64,000 nt of DNA from Convolutriloba macropyga (GCF_964194025.1 NC_134477.1:31806001-31870000); one strand, 5' to 3'; positions 39,152 to 53,620 are shown, counted from the first letter of the stretch. Translations and numbers: made by a program. Notes: a model not told the origin generated them from the sequence alone.

Positions 39152-39264
39152 CCCTGAGAAACAAATATTCTTGGGACACGTTTCTTCAAACCAAGTTTAT
39201 CACTTTAGGAATTAGAAGTGACTAACCTGATTTGAGATGTGTCTCAAGAATGTTTTTCTCAGGG
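39152..39264. repeat. Intronic palindrome / MITE-like hairpin
   Basis: ccctgagaaacaaatattcttgggacac...tcactt pairs with aagtga...gtgtctcaagaatgtttttctcaggg around a ~10-nt loop. Confidence 0.85.
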
Positions 39265-39976
39265 GGTATATACTCAACTTCGTAGAGGTTCTAAAGAATG
39301 GAGTTCAAAATTGAAAGAAAGCTTTTTTAGTTGCTGCAAAAAGTTGCTGCTTTGTGTAATTTTTAGAGTAAAAATTAATTAGCTTCCTTCTGGAATGCTT
39401 CCTGAGCACCAGCATCATACGTTCCAACTGCTATTGAAATTATGCAATAAAAAAAACAAAAATTGTATTGCAGCAGTGCCGAAACAGCTCAAACTCGATT
39501 GACGGATTTTCCAAAATGCAATTAGTTGTCTTCAATTGTTTGTCTTCTCTCGGAACTGGCATTATCGTTATATAATTTTTTGGCACATGAAAACTTGGCA
39601 GAAAATAACATGAGAAATATGAGAAAGTCCACCTTGACCTTTCTACCTTGACCTATTGTGCTTCTCGAATGTCAACCATTTGCACCTGAGTTCTTAAGTG
39701 TTATGAAATTATTTAGAAAATCAAACTACAATAAAAAAGACAATTAATGATCTACATCATTAATTACAGCAATTAAAAGTACTTGAAAATTTGAATCTTT
39801 CCTCTGAATTTGGATGTTATACATTAAATAATTTAAGCATTTGAAAATAATTTAATGTTAGAACAGGTAATTTAAGCATTTGAAACATAGGTATTTAAGC
39901 ATTATTTGTAAACAATTTATGCATTTGAAAATAATCTAATGTTACAACAGGTTAAAAAGTCTCCTCGATACTTTAG

Positions 39977-40161
39977 ATGCAGAGTGGCGCATTGACGTTG
40001 AAGGCGACGACCTAATTTGGCGAATGGGTAATCAATCTACCAGGGAAAGTTTGGTTGTCACCGGTGTGACTTTTGTTGATCTTGACTTCTTCGAACGAAT
40101 TGGAAACTCAAACTACCCCAATTACCGACAGGCTTCAAAACTGATCCACACAAACTACTAA
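39977..40161 (+). CDS. Exon 3 (terminal) of J-like/ankyrin/ART gene
   Basis: Acceptor ctttag|at completes a GAT codon in phase 1. Reads DAEWRIDVEGDDLIWRMGNQSTRESLVVTGVTFVDLDFFERIGNSNYPNYRQASKLIHTNY* and supplies the EW glutamate strand of the ART fold. Not in the ORF track. Confidence 0.82.
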
Positions 40162-40572
40162 GAAAATGACAGGAATTGAGAAAGAGAAATGCATCGATCG
40201 ATGATTTAACTGAATACATCTACATCTAGTTTGACTCGGTGTCTTTTATCTATTAATTGCAATTTTAGTTGTTTTGAATCCTTCTGTACATATGCGCAAA
40301 GCTACTGGTGCTTTCTTCAAATGGCCAGATTGCTGTTTAATTCTATCTCTGGTGCTCCGATCAATTATATTTTTTATACTGTAAAGATTTGTGATATTTT
40401 AGATTGACAAATTTAGAGTTTAATAGGTTGAACCTATTGTTAGTATTCATTAGATTGATCCTATCTGCAACTTTCATAATTAACTTTCACTGTATTGGTC
40501 TCAATAATATTATCCTGATTCCTTTGAGAAATCTATGCTGTGAGTTTGATCAAATTGCTTTTAGATGCATGA

Positions 40573-40926
40573 ATGAATGCTGGACAAACTTACAGGGTAA
40601 AACGATTAGAGAAGGCCCTCTTTGCTAGTGCTGATGTTTTCATCTCCAAAGTGTATGGCAACTTTTATGGTCCAAAGGTATGGCCGAAAATTCGGGTAGC
40701 GCTACAGCAACCTGAAAGAACACTGAAAATCTCAACTTCGTTTTTTAAGAATGATATTGGAACTGCGCCGCGCTTCGATATGGAACAAAGCTTGCTGCAG
40801 AGTTTTGATTCTCTAGATGCAAATTTTGACGAGCTGAGGCGCGATTTTGAATTGGTGAGTTAAGAAACAAATTGATTTATAATATGACTATTTTAGGTTG
40901 AGCAAGAAGACTTACAGTGCTTCTAA
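40573..40926 (+). CDS. Possible short gene or exon pair of unknown function (40573-40854 joined to 40897-40926)
   Basis: 94-codon open frame ending ttg|gtgagt, a 42-nt intron ending attttag, then VEQEDLQCF*. No recognisable domain. Confidence 0.35.
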
Positions 40927-41609
40927 AATTGAAGACTAAGTATACCACTGAAGTATAAAGTTGGCCCAAATTTTGTTTTCAAGCCCTCTTCCTTATGATG
41001 AGGAATATGACACTCTTGGGTCATGAGCCTGAACAGAAAGTATTCGAACAGAATTGGAGTTAATTTTGCTTTTTTCCCATTGCTTCGGTTTACCTTATCG
41101 CTACGTTATTTTGTTCTTATACCTGACGCACGAGGTGATAACCAATTTTTGAATAGCCCTTTGGGGAATCGAGCTCCTTGGAACCTGAAATTTATTTATG
41201 AAAATGAAACATGAGTGCTCTGGACAAAGAATTACTTATCATCCTGAATGTTGCGTCGAATATTGCAAATACTTCTATTCAAAATATGTGTGTTCAAAAA
41301 TGGAATTGTATGTCAATGTTTGCGGCATGGGGCAATATTTTGAATCACCCAGGTTAAAACCCGATCTGCTAAAGGACGTCGAATCTGTGTTTTAATGGGT
41401 AATATAGTGAAATGATAAAGAACAGTGCATTGATGTTTTTTACATGAGTTGGCATAGCTATCATGGAACAAAATATTTTTTATCAAGTGTCATTAAGCAG
41501 TTGATGTAATAGTTAGCAGTATTAATAGGCTGTTGACGTAATTTTCAGTATTATTGACAGTTCTACGCGCTTTTTGCTGTTAACAGATATCAAAATCAGT
41601 ATTAATATC

Positions 41610-44600
41610 AAATTTAATGTATTTGAATTTTTTTCACGGTTTGCTGCACCAGGGGCCCTGGGACAACCTCGAAGGCTGGATAATATGCTGCTGCATAGTT
41701 TCTAGAGTTAATGGAATGGTCATCAAGATTTTGTTCACTCCAGTTTTAGCAATTTTTTAATAAAATTTAAATTTTTCGAATTTTAGCAAGATTTTAAAAG
41801 TTACTGTTTTCAAAATTTGTGATTATTTGTCCTTTTCTGAGTTTAACGATCATTACTGGGCAACGGAACTTTTTATGTCTTGCAGATAGGTTACTTGACA
41901 AAACTCCAGAGATGAAAACTGATCCTGAAAATTTTTTTCACTGCGAAATCTGGAAACTTCTTTTAATTCTTGCACTTACCAGTTTTTTTTCTATTTTATT
42001 TAATTACTAACAAGACTAGAAAGCTAAGAGTCCCAGTTTTTTGTAATTTTTTTGGCATTTTCTAGATTTCTCCAGCCTCAAGAGGCACGGAAACCTCCTC
42101 TAGAATTTGATAATAGGCTACTGCATAGTTTATATATGTAATGGTATGTTTCTCAGGATTTTGATATCACAAATTTAAGGAATTTTTTTTAATGTTTTTG
42201 AATTTTTTTCACAGTTTGCTGTATCAGGGGCCCTGGAACATCCTCCAAGGCTGGCTAATAAGCTACTGCATAGTTTCTAGAGTTAATGGAATGGTTATCA
42301 AGATTTTAATTACTCCAGTTTGAGCAATTTTTAATAAAATTTAAGTTTTTCAAATTTTTGGATAATTGTTTATATTCCAAGTTTTTTGATCTTTATGAGC
42401 CAGTAAAACTATTTAAGGCTTGAAATAGAAATATTGGATAGTCTCTTGAGACAATGAAATTGTTTTGAATGTCTTAATATCTTAAATTTTAGCAAGATTT
42501 TAAAGTGTAGTGTTTTCAAAATATTTGATTTTCCTTTTCTGAGTTTAAATATCATTACTGGGCAACGAAACTTTTTATGTCTTGCAGATAGGTTACTTGA
42601 CAAAACTCCAGAGATAAAAACTGATCTTGAAAATTTTTTTCACTGCGAAATCTGGAAACTTCTTTTAATTCTTGCACTTACCAGTTTTTTTTTCTATTTT
42701 ATTTAATTACTAACAAGACTAGAAAGCTAAGAGTCCCAGTTTTTTGTATTTTTTTTTTGGCATTTTCTAGATTTCTCCAGCCTCAAGAGGCACGGAAACC
42801 TCCTCTAGAATTTGATAATAGGCTACTGCATAGTTTATATATGTAATGGTATGTTTCTCAGGATTTTGATATCACAAATTTAAGGAATTTTTTTAAATGT
42901 TTTTGAATTTTTTTCACAGTTTGCTGTACCAGGGGCCCTGGAACATCCTCCAAGGCTGGCTAATAAGCTACTGCATAGTTTAGAGTTAATGGAATGGTTA
43001 TCAAGATTTTAATTACTCCAGTTTGAGCAATTTTTAATAAAATTTAAGTTTTTCAAATTTTTGGATAATTGTTTATATTCCAAGTTTTTTGATCTTTATG
43101 AGACAATGAAATTGTTTTGAATGTCTTAATATCTTAAATTTTAGCAAGATTTTAAAGTGTAGTGTTTTCAAAATATTTGATTTTCCTTTTCTGAGTTTAA
43201 ATATCATTACTGGGCAACGAAACTTTTTATGTCTTGCAGATCGGTTACTTGAAAGAACTCCAGAGATAAAAAATGATTTTGAACATTTTTTTCACTGCGA
43301 AATCTGGAAACTTATTCTTTTGAATTTTGCACTTCGAATTTTAAGTTTTGCAGTCGAATCCCATCGTTGAAAAGGTCTTAGCTCTCTCTGCCTCTCTGTT
43401 GGCTGGGATTTTTTTCCTTCTTTCTTGTTCACTTTTTCTCTCTCACCCTATCTCTTGCTCTCTCACTGTCCCTCTCTCTCTTTTCTTAACTTTTTGTTGA
43501 TGCCGCACTTCAGCTGCTGTTTTGTGGCGTGATGTCATCTATTAGCTTCATTAACGGTGAACTATAGAAATGTTTTATTTTCAATGACTTAACTAGCACT
43601 TTTTAGGAAATAATTGTTAATTGATCTCAAACGCAGTTTGTTGCAAATATAATAATCCTGCTTATTTCGTACCCAGAAACGGGATAAAGAGGTAGCGCCC
43701 AGTGGGCATTAAGTTATCCTAGAGCCATTCAGCTCCCTAGTCTCCAAGTATGCGATTCACAGAAACTTTTGCAGACGTGCACCTATGGTATGAAGTGCAG
43801 TTCTTAGAGGTTGAAGACCCCCTCCCCCCACTGTTGACCCCCGCTCTATTGCAAGCCCCGCGCTGTTGCCCCCACCCGATCAGCCCCCGAGTGCATCCCC
43901 CTCCCCCGTGGCTAGCTACTGGCGAACATTCGATCGCTAAAAACACGCAAATTTATAATTTTCTAATTTTCAAGCTCTGGAAATTTTTGTCGTTTTTTGA
44001 GTTTTATCAGCCGTAGGTGTGAAGGAACCTCTTCTAGAGTTTGATTATAGGTTAATGCATAGTTTCTAGTGGTAATAGAATTGTTTCAACATTTTCACAT
44101 CAATATTAACCATTTTTTGACAAAACGTGCAATTTTCCATATTTTTTAGACTTTTTTTCATAATTCAGGTCTTTCCAGACGCAGGGGCCAGAAAACCTCC
44201 TTAAGGGTTCGATAATAGGTCAGTGAAAAATTTTTATAGGCCATGGAATAGTTTTCAAATTCCTAATATCACAAATTTTAGCAGTTTATTGATGAAACTT
44301 GCAATTTTTTCAGATTTTTGAAATTTTTTGGCGTCGTTTAGGTTGCTCGAGCCTCAAGATTCCAGTAACTTCCTTTAGGGTTCGAAAACAGGTTAATGTA
44401 TAGTTTCTAGATGTAATGGAATGTTTTTTTGGTGATTTTAACATTACTTCTTTAGATTTATTGTTATTATTCAGATTTTCTCAGCCTCAGGTGTCAGAAA
44501 AGCTCCGTTAGGGTTTTATAATAAGTTACTGAATTTTTTTTGCCATGGATTATTTGTCATTTCTGTATCAGAATTTTTGCAAATTTTTTTATTAACTTGC

Positions 44601-47600
44601 AATTTTTTCAAGTTTTTTGTAATTTTTTTGGCATTTTCTAGATTTCTCAAGTCTCAAGAGTCACGGAAACCTCCTCTAGAATTTGATAATAGGCTACTGC
44701 ATAGTTTATATATGTAATGGTATGTTTCTCAGGATTTTGATATCACAAATTTAAGGAATTTTTGTTTAATGTTTTTGAATTTTTTCACGGTTTGCTGTAC
44801 CGGGGCCCTGGAACATCCTCCAAGGCTGGCTAATAAGCTACTGCATAGTTTCTAGAGTTAATGGAATGGTTATCAAGATTTTAATTACTCCAGTTTTAGC
44901 AATTTTTAATAAAATTTAAGTTTTTCAAATTTTTGGATAATTGTTTATATTCCGAGTTTTTTGATCTTTATGAGCCAGTAAAACTATTTAAAGCTTGAAA
45001 TAGAAATATTGGATAGTCTCTTGAGACAATGAAATTGTTTTGAATGTCTTAATATCATAAATTTTAGCAAGATTTTAAAGTTCAGTGTTTTCAAAATTGT
45101 TGATGGTCCTTTTCTGAGTTTAACTATCGTTACTGGGCAACGAAACTTTTTATGTCTTGAAGATAGGTTATTTGACAAAACTCCAGAGATAAAAACTGAT
45201 CTTGAAAATTTTTTTCACTGCGAAATCTGGAAACTTATTCTTTTGAATTTTGCACTTCGAATTTTAAATTTTGCAGTCGAATCCCATCATTGAAAAGGTC
45301 TTAGCTCTCTCTGCCTCTCTCTTGTCTGGGATTTTTTTCCTTCTTTCTTGTTCACTTTTTCTCTCTCACCCTATCTCTCGCTCTCTCACTGTCTCTCTCT
45401 CTCTCTTTTCTTAACTTTTTGTTGATGCCGCACTTCAGCTGCTGTTATGTGGCGTGATGTCATCTATTAGCTTCATTAACGGTGAATTATAGAAATGTTT
45501 TATTTTCAATGACTTAACTAGCACTTTTTAGGAAATAATTGTTAATTGATCTCAAACGCAGTTTGTTGCAAATATAATAATCCTGCTTATTTCGTACCCA
45601 GAAACGGGATAAAGAGGTAGCGACCAGTGGGCATTAAGTTATCCTAGAGCCATTCAGCTCCCTAGTCTCCAAGTATGCGATTCACAGAAACTTTTGCAGA
45701 CGTGTACCTATGGTGTGAAGTGCAGTTCTTAGAGGTTGAAGACCTCTCCCCCCACTGTTGACCCCCGCTCTTTTGCAACCCCCGCGCTGTTGCCCCCACC
45801 CGATCAGCCCCCCAGTGCATCCCCCTCGCCCGTGGCTAGCTACTGGCGAACATTCGATCGCTAAAAACACGCAAATTTATAATTTTCAAAAACTTTTTCA
45901 AGCTCTTGAAATTTTTGTCGTTTTTTGAGTTTTATCAGCCCTAGGTGTGAAGGAACCTCTTCTAGAGTTTGATTATAGGTTAATGCATAGTTTGTAGTGG
46001 TAATAGAATTGTTTCAACATTTTCACATCAATATTAACCATTTTTGACAAAACGTGCGATTTTTATTCCATATTTTTTTAGACTTTTTTCATAATTCAGG
46101 TCTTTCCAGACGCAGGGGCCAGAAAACCTCCTTAGGGGTTCGATAATAGGTCAGTGAAAAATTTTTATAGGCCATGGAATAATTTTCAAATTCCTAATAT
46201 CACAAATTTTAGCAGTTTATTGATAAAACTTGCAATTTTTTCAAGTTTTTGAAATTTTTTGGCGTCGTTTAGGTCGCTCGAGCCTCAAGATTCCAGTAAC
46301 TTCCTTTAGGGTTCGAAAACAGGTTAATGTATAGTTTCTAGATGTAATGGAATGTTTTTTTTGGTGATTTTAACATTACTTCTTTAGATTTATTGTTATT
46401 ATTCAGATTTTCTCAGCCTCAGGTGTCAGAAAAGCTCCGTTAGGGTTTTATAATAAGTTACTGAAAATTTTTTTTTGCCATGGATTATTTGTCATTTTTG
46501 TATCAGAATTTTTGCAAATTTTTTTTATTAACTTGCAATTTTTTCAAGTTTTTTGTAATTTTTTTCGGCATTTTCTAGATTTCTCCAGTCTCAAGAGTCA
46601 CGGAAACCTCCTCTAGAATTTGATAATAGGCTACTGCATAGTTTATATATGTAATGGTATGTTTCTCAGGATTTTGATATCACAAATTTAAGGAATTTTA
46701 ATGTTTTTGAATTTTTTTCACAGTTTGCTGTAATAGGGGCCCTGGAACATCCTCCAAGGCTGGCTAATAAGCTACTGCATAGTTTCTAGAGTTAATGGAA
46801 TGGTTATCAAGATTTTAATTACTCCAGTTTGAGCAATTTTTAATAAAATTTAAGTTTTTCAAATTTTTTGGATAATTGTTTATATTCCAAGTTTTTTGAT
46901 CTTTATGAGCCAGTAAAACTATTTAAAGCTTGAAATAGAAATATTGGATAGTCTCCTGAGACAATGAAATTGTTTTGAATGTCTTAATATCATAAATTTT
47001 AGCAAGATTTTAAAGTTTAGTGTTTTCAAAATTTTTGATTGTCCTTTTCTGAGTTTAACTATATTACTGGGCAACGAAACTTTTTATGTCTTGCAGATAG
47101 GTTACTTGACAAAACTCCAGAGATAAAAACTGATCTTGAAAATTTTTTTCACTGCGAAATCTGGAAACTTCTTTTAATTCTTGCACTTACCAGTTTTCTA
47201 TTTTATTTTTTTACTAACAAGACTAGAAAGCTAAGAGTCCCAGTTTTTTGTAATTTTTTTGGCATTTTCTAGATTTCTCCAGCCTCAAGAGGCACGGAAA
47301 CCTCCTCTAGAATTTGATAATAGGCTACTGCATATTTTATATATGTAATGGTATGTTTCTCAGGATTTTGATATCACAAATTTAAGGAATTTTTTTTAAT
47401 GTTTTTGAATTTTTTTCAGTTTGCTGTACTAGGGGCCCTGGAACATCCTCCAAGGCTGGCTAATAAGCTACTGCATAGTTTCTAGAGTTAATGGAATGGT
47501 TATCAAGATTTTAATTACTCCAGTTTGAGCAATTTTTAATAAAATTTAAGTTTTTCAAATTTTTGGATAATTGTTTATATTCCAAGTTTTTTGATCTTTA

Positions 47601-50566
47601 TGAGCCAGTAAAACTATTTAAGGCTTGAAATAGAAATATTGGATAGTCCCTTGAGACAATGAAATTGTTTTGAATGTTTTAATATCTTAAATTTTAGCAA
47701 GATTTTAAAGTGTAGTGTTTTCAAAATATTTGATTGTCCTTATCTGAGTTTAACTATCATTACTGGGCAACGAAACTTTTTATATCTTGCAGATCGGTTA
47801 CTTGAAAGAACTCCAGAGATAAAAAATGATTTTGAACATTTTTTTCACTGCGAAATCTGGAAACTTATTCTTTTGAATTTTGCACTTCGAATTTTAAATT
47901 TTGCAGTCGAATCCCTTTTTTCCTTCTTTCTTGTTCACTTTTTCTCTCTCACCCTATCTCTCGCTCTCTCACTGTCCCTCTCTCTCTCTCTTCTTAACTT
48001 TTTGTTGATTCCGCACTTCAGCTGCTGTTATGTGGCGTGATGTCATCTATTAGCTTCATTAACGGTGAATTATAGAAATGTTTTATTTTCAATGACTTAA
48101 CTAGCACTTTTTAGGAAATAATTGTTAATTGATCTCAAACGCAGTTTGTTGCAAATATAATAATCCTGCTTCTTTCGTACCCAGAAACGGGATAAAGAGG
48201 TAGCGACCAGTGGGCATTAAGTTATCCTAGAGCCATTCAGCTCCCTAGTCTCCAAGTATGCGATTCACAGAAACTTTTGCAGACGTGTACCTATGGTGTG
48301 AAGTGCAGTTCTTAGAGGTTGAAGAACCCCTCCCCCCACTGTTGACCCCCGCTCTTTTGCAACCCCTGCGCTGTTGCCCCCACCCGATCAGCCCCCCAGT
48401 GCATCCCCCTCGCCCGTGGCTAGCTACTGGCGAACATTCGATCGCTAAAAACACGCAAATTTATAATTTTCAAAAATTTTTTCAAGCTCTGGAAATTTTT
48501 GTCGTTTGAGTTTTATCAGCCCTAGGTGTGAAGGAACCTCTTCTAGAGTTTGATTATAGCTTAATGCATATTTTCTAGTGGTAATAGAATTGTTTCAACA
48601 TTTTCAAATCAATATTAACCATTTTTTGACAAAACGTGCAATTTTTTTCCATATTTTTTAGACTTTTTTCATAATTCAGGTCTTTCCAGACGCAGGGGCC
48701 AGAAAACCTCCTTAGGGGTTCGATAATACGTCAGTGAAAAATTTTTATAGGCCATGGAATAATTTTCAAATTCCTAATATCACAAATTTTAGCAGTTTAT
48801 TGATAAAACTTGCAATTTTTTGTCATTTATTGTGTTTTATTAACCCCAGGTGGCAGGGAACCTCTTCTAGGCTTTGATTATGGGTTAATGCATATTTTCT
48901 AGTGGTAATGGAATGGTATTAATTTTTTAACATCAGATTCAGCATTTTTTTTGATAAAATATGCAATTTTTTTGGACACTTTTTTCATAATTCAGGTTAT
49001 TCCAGACTCAGGGGCCAGAAAACCTCCTAAGGTGTTCGTTAATAGGTTACTGAAAAATTTTAATTGGCCATGAAATAGTTTTCAACTTTTTAATATCACA
49101 AATTTCAGCAGTGTTTTGATAAAATTTGCATTTTTTTCAATTTTTTGAAAATTTTGGCGTCTTCTAGCGCTATCGAGCGTCAAGATTCCAATAAGTTCCT
49201 TTAGTGTTTGAAAACAGGTTAATGTATAATTTTCGCATTTTTTTATTCACTCTCCGATGAGAAGGAACCTCTTCTAGAGTTTGATTATAGGTTAATGCAT
49301 AGTTTCTAGTGGTAATAGAATTGTTTCAACATTTTCACATCAATATTAACCATTTTTTGACAAAACGTGCAATTTTTTTTCCATATTTTTTAGACTTTTT
49401 TCATAATTCAGGTCTTTCCAGACGCAGGGGCCAGAAAACCTCCTTAGGGGTTCGATAGTACGTCAGTGAAAAATTTTTATAGGCCATGGAATAATTTTCA
49501 AATTCCTAATATCACAAGTTTTAGCAGTTTATTGATAAAACTTGCAATTTTTTCAAGTTTTTGAAATTTTTTGGCGTCGTTTAGGTCGCTCGAGCCTCAA
49601 GATTCCAGTAACTTCCTTTAGGGTTCGAAAACAGGTTAATGTATAGTTTCTAGATGTAATGGAATCTTTTTTTGGTGATTTTAACATTACTTCTTCAGAT
49701 TTATTATTATTCAGATTTTCTCAGCCTCAGCTGTCAGAAAAGCTCCGTTAGGGTTTTATAATAAGTTACTGAAATTTTTTTGCCATGGATTATTTGTCAT
49801 TTTTGTATCAGAATTTTTGCAAATTTTTTTATTAACTTGCAATTTTTTCAAGTTTTTTGTAATTTTTTTGGCATTTTCTAGATTTCACAAGTCTCAAGAG
49901 TCACGGAAACCTCCTCTAGAATTTGATAATAGGCTACTGCATAGTTTATATATGTAATGGTATGTTTCTCAGGATTTTGATATCACAAATTTAAGGAATT
50001 TTGTTTAATGTTTTTGAATTTTTTTCACGGTTTGCTGTACCGGGGCCCTGGAACATCCTCCAAGGCTGGCTAATAAGCTACTGCATAGTTTCTAGAGTTA
50101 ATGGAATGGTTATCAAGATTTTAATTACTCCAGTTTTAGCAATTTTTAATAAAATTTAAGTTTTTCAAATTTTTGGATAATTGTTTATATTCCAAGTTTT
50201 TTGATCTTTATGAGCCAGTAAAACTATTTAAAGCTTGAAATAGAAATATTGGATAGTCTCTTGAGACAATGAAATTGTTTTGAATGTCTTAATATCATAA
50301 ATTTTAGCAAGATTTTAAAGTTTAGTGTTTTCAAAATTGTTGATGGTCCTTTTCTGAGTTTAACTATCATTACTGGGCAACGAAACTTTTTATGTCTTGC
50401 AGATAGGTTACTTGACAAAACTCCAGAGATAAAAACTGATCTTGAAAATTTTTTTCACTGCGAAATCTGGAAAACTTTTAGTTTTTGCACTTACCATTTT
50501 TTTGCTATTTTATTTAATTACTAACAAGACTAGAAAACTAAGAATCCCATCATGGTAAGTGGCCTT

Positions 50567-50602
<36 letters not shown>

Positions 50603-53576
50603 GTTGGGTTTCTTTCCTTCTCTTTCTCGTTCACGGATTCTATCTCACTCTCTCTCTCAATTCCCCCGCGCTGTTGCGCCCACCCCACTGTTGCCCCCCG
50701 GTGCATCCCCTCCCCGTGGCTAGCTACTGACGAACATTCGCTCGTTAAAAACCCGCAAATTGATAATTTTCGCAATTTTTTCAAGCGTTTTAAAATTTTT
50801 TGTCATTTATTGTGTTTTATTAACCCCAGGTGTCAGGGAACCTCTTCTAGGGTTTGATTATAGGTTAGTGCATATTTTCTAGTGCACATTTGCCCGCGCT
50901 GTTGCCCCCCCTGTGCATCCCCCTCCCCGTGGCTAGCTACTGACGAAAATTCGCTCGCTAAAAACACGCAAATTGATAATTTTTGCAATTTTTTCAAGCG
51001 TTTAAAAAATTTTTGTCATTTATTGTGTTTTATTAACCCCAGGTGGCAGGGAACCTCTTCTAGGCTTTGATTATAGGTTAATGCATATTTTCTAGTGGTA
51101 ATGGAATGGTATTAATTTTTTAACATCAGATTTAGCATTTTTTTTGATAAAATATGCAATTTTTTTGGACACTTTTTTCATAATTCAGGTTATTCCAGAC
51201 TCAGGGGCCAGAAAACCTCCTAAGGTGTTCGTTAATAGGTTACTGAAAAATTTTAATTGGCCATGAAATAGTTTTCAACTTTTTAATATCACAAATTTCA
51301 GCAGTGTTTTGATAAAACTTGCATTTTTTTCAATTTTTTGAAAATTTTGGCGTCTTCTAGCGCTCTCGAGCCTCAAGATTCCAATAAGTTCCTTTAGTGT
51401 TTGAAAACAGGTTAATGTATAATTTTCGCATTTTTTTATTCACTTGCATTTTTCAATTTCTTGCCATTTTCTAGATTTTTCCAGCCCCAAGAGCGACGGA
51501 ACCTCCTCTAGAGTTTGATAATCGGCTAATGCTTAGTTAATAGATTTAAAGTTATGTTTCTCAGGATTTTAATATCACGAATTCAAGCAATTTTTTTAAG
51601 TATTTGAAATTTTTTTCACGTTTGATTTTTTCCTGCACCTGGGGCACTGTGACCTCCAAGGCTTAATAATAAGCAGCTGCATATTTTCTAGAGTTAATTG
51701 ATTGGCTATCAAGATTTTAGTTACTCCAGTTTTGGCAATTTTTTTAATAAAATTGAATTTTTTCAAATTTTTTGGAAAATTATTTGTATTCCAAGTTTTT
51801 GGATCTTTATGAACCAGTAAAACTATTTAAAGCTTGAAATAGAGATACTGGATAGTCTCTTGAGACAATGAAATTGTTTTGATTATCTTAATATCATAAA
51901 TTTTAGCAAGATTTTAAAGTTTAGTGTTTTCAAAATTTTTGATTGTCCTTTTCTGAGTTTAACTATCATTACTGGTCAACGAAACTTTTTATGTCTTGCA
52001 GATAGGTTACTTGACAAAACTCCAGAGATGAAAACTGATCCTGAAAATTTTTTTCACTGCGAAATCTGGAAACTTCTTTTAATTCTTGCACTAACCAGTT
52101 TTTTTTCTATTTTATTTAATTACTAACAAGACTAGAAAGCTAAGAGTCCCATCATGGAAAATTGCCTTAGCTCTCTCTCTCTCTCTGTGTCGGTTGGGTT
52201 TCTTTCCTCTTTCTCGTTCACGGATTCTATCTCACTCTCTATCTCTCTCAATTCCCCGCGCTGTTGCCCCCACCCCACTGTTGCCCCCCCGGTGCATCCC
52301 CCTCACCGTGGCTAGCTACTGACGAATATTCGCTCGCTAAAAACTCGCAAATTTAAAATTTTTACATTTTTGTTAGCTTTTTGAAAATTTTTGTCATTCA
52401 TTGTGTTTTATTAACCCCAGGGTCAGGGAACCTCTTCTAGGGTTTGATTATAGGTTAAGGCATATTTTCTAGTGGTAATGGAATGGTTTCAAATTTTTAA
52501 CATCACCGGTTTTAGCACTTTTTTTGATAAAACTTACAATTTTTTTGGACACTTTTTCATAATTCAGGTCATTCCAGACTCAGGGGCCAGAAAACCTCCT
52601 AAGGTGTTCGATAATAGGTTACTGAAAAATTTTCATTACCCATGAAATAGTTTTCAACTTTTTAATATCACAATTTTCAGCAGTTTTGTGATAAAACTTG
52701 GTTTTTTAAAGTTTTTTGAAAATTTTTGGCGTTTTTCAGCGTTCTCGAGCCTCAAGATTCCAGTAACTTCCTTTGGGGTTTGAAAACAGGTTAATGTATA
52801 ATTTTCGCAAATTTTTTTTCAAATTGCATTTTTTTTTTGCATTTTCTAGATTTTTCCAGCCCCAAGAGCCATGGAACCTCCTCTAGAGTTTTATAATGGT
52901 TTAATGCTTAGTTAATAGATGTAAAGGTATGTTTCTCAGGATTTTAATATCACGAATTCAAGCAATTTTTTTAAGTATTTGAAATTTTTTTCACGTTTAA
53001 AGTTCTCAGGCACCAGGGGGCCCTGTGAATTCCTCCAAGGCTTAATAATAAGCAGCTGCATATTTTCTTATGGAAGGGTTATCAAGATTTTAATTACTCC
53101 AGTTTTGGCAATTCTTTAAGTTTAAGTTTTTCAAGTTTTCGGAAAATTATTTGTATTACAAGTTTTTGGATCTTTATGAGCCAGTAAATCTATTTAAAGC
53201 GTGATATAGAGATACTGGATAGTCTCTTGAGACAATGAAATTGTTTTGAATATCTTAATATCTTAAATTTTAGCAAGATTTTAAAATTTACTGTTTTCGA
53301 ATTTTTTGATTATTTGTCCTTATCTGAGTTTAACGATCATTACTGGGCAAAGAAACTTTTTATGTCTTAAAGATGGGCTACTTGACAAAACTCCAGAAAC
53401 AGAAAATGACTTTAAACTTTTGCGAAATCTGGAAACTTATTCTTTTAAATTTTGCACCTCGAATTTTAAATTTTGCAGTCGAATCGAATCATGGAAAATG
53501 TCTTAGCTCACTCTGGCTCTCTCTTGGCTAGGATTTTTTTTCCTTCTCTTTCTCGTTCACTTTTTCTCTCTCACTA

Positions 53577-53620
<44 letters not shown>

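Noticed and set aside
39828-39952. Short repeats atttaagcatttgaaa upstream of exon 3
   Set aside because: A decayed minisatellite with no evidence of function.
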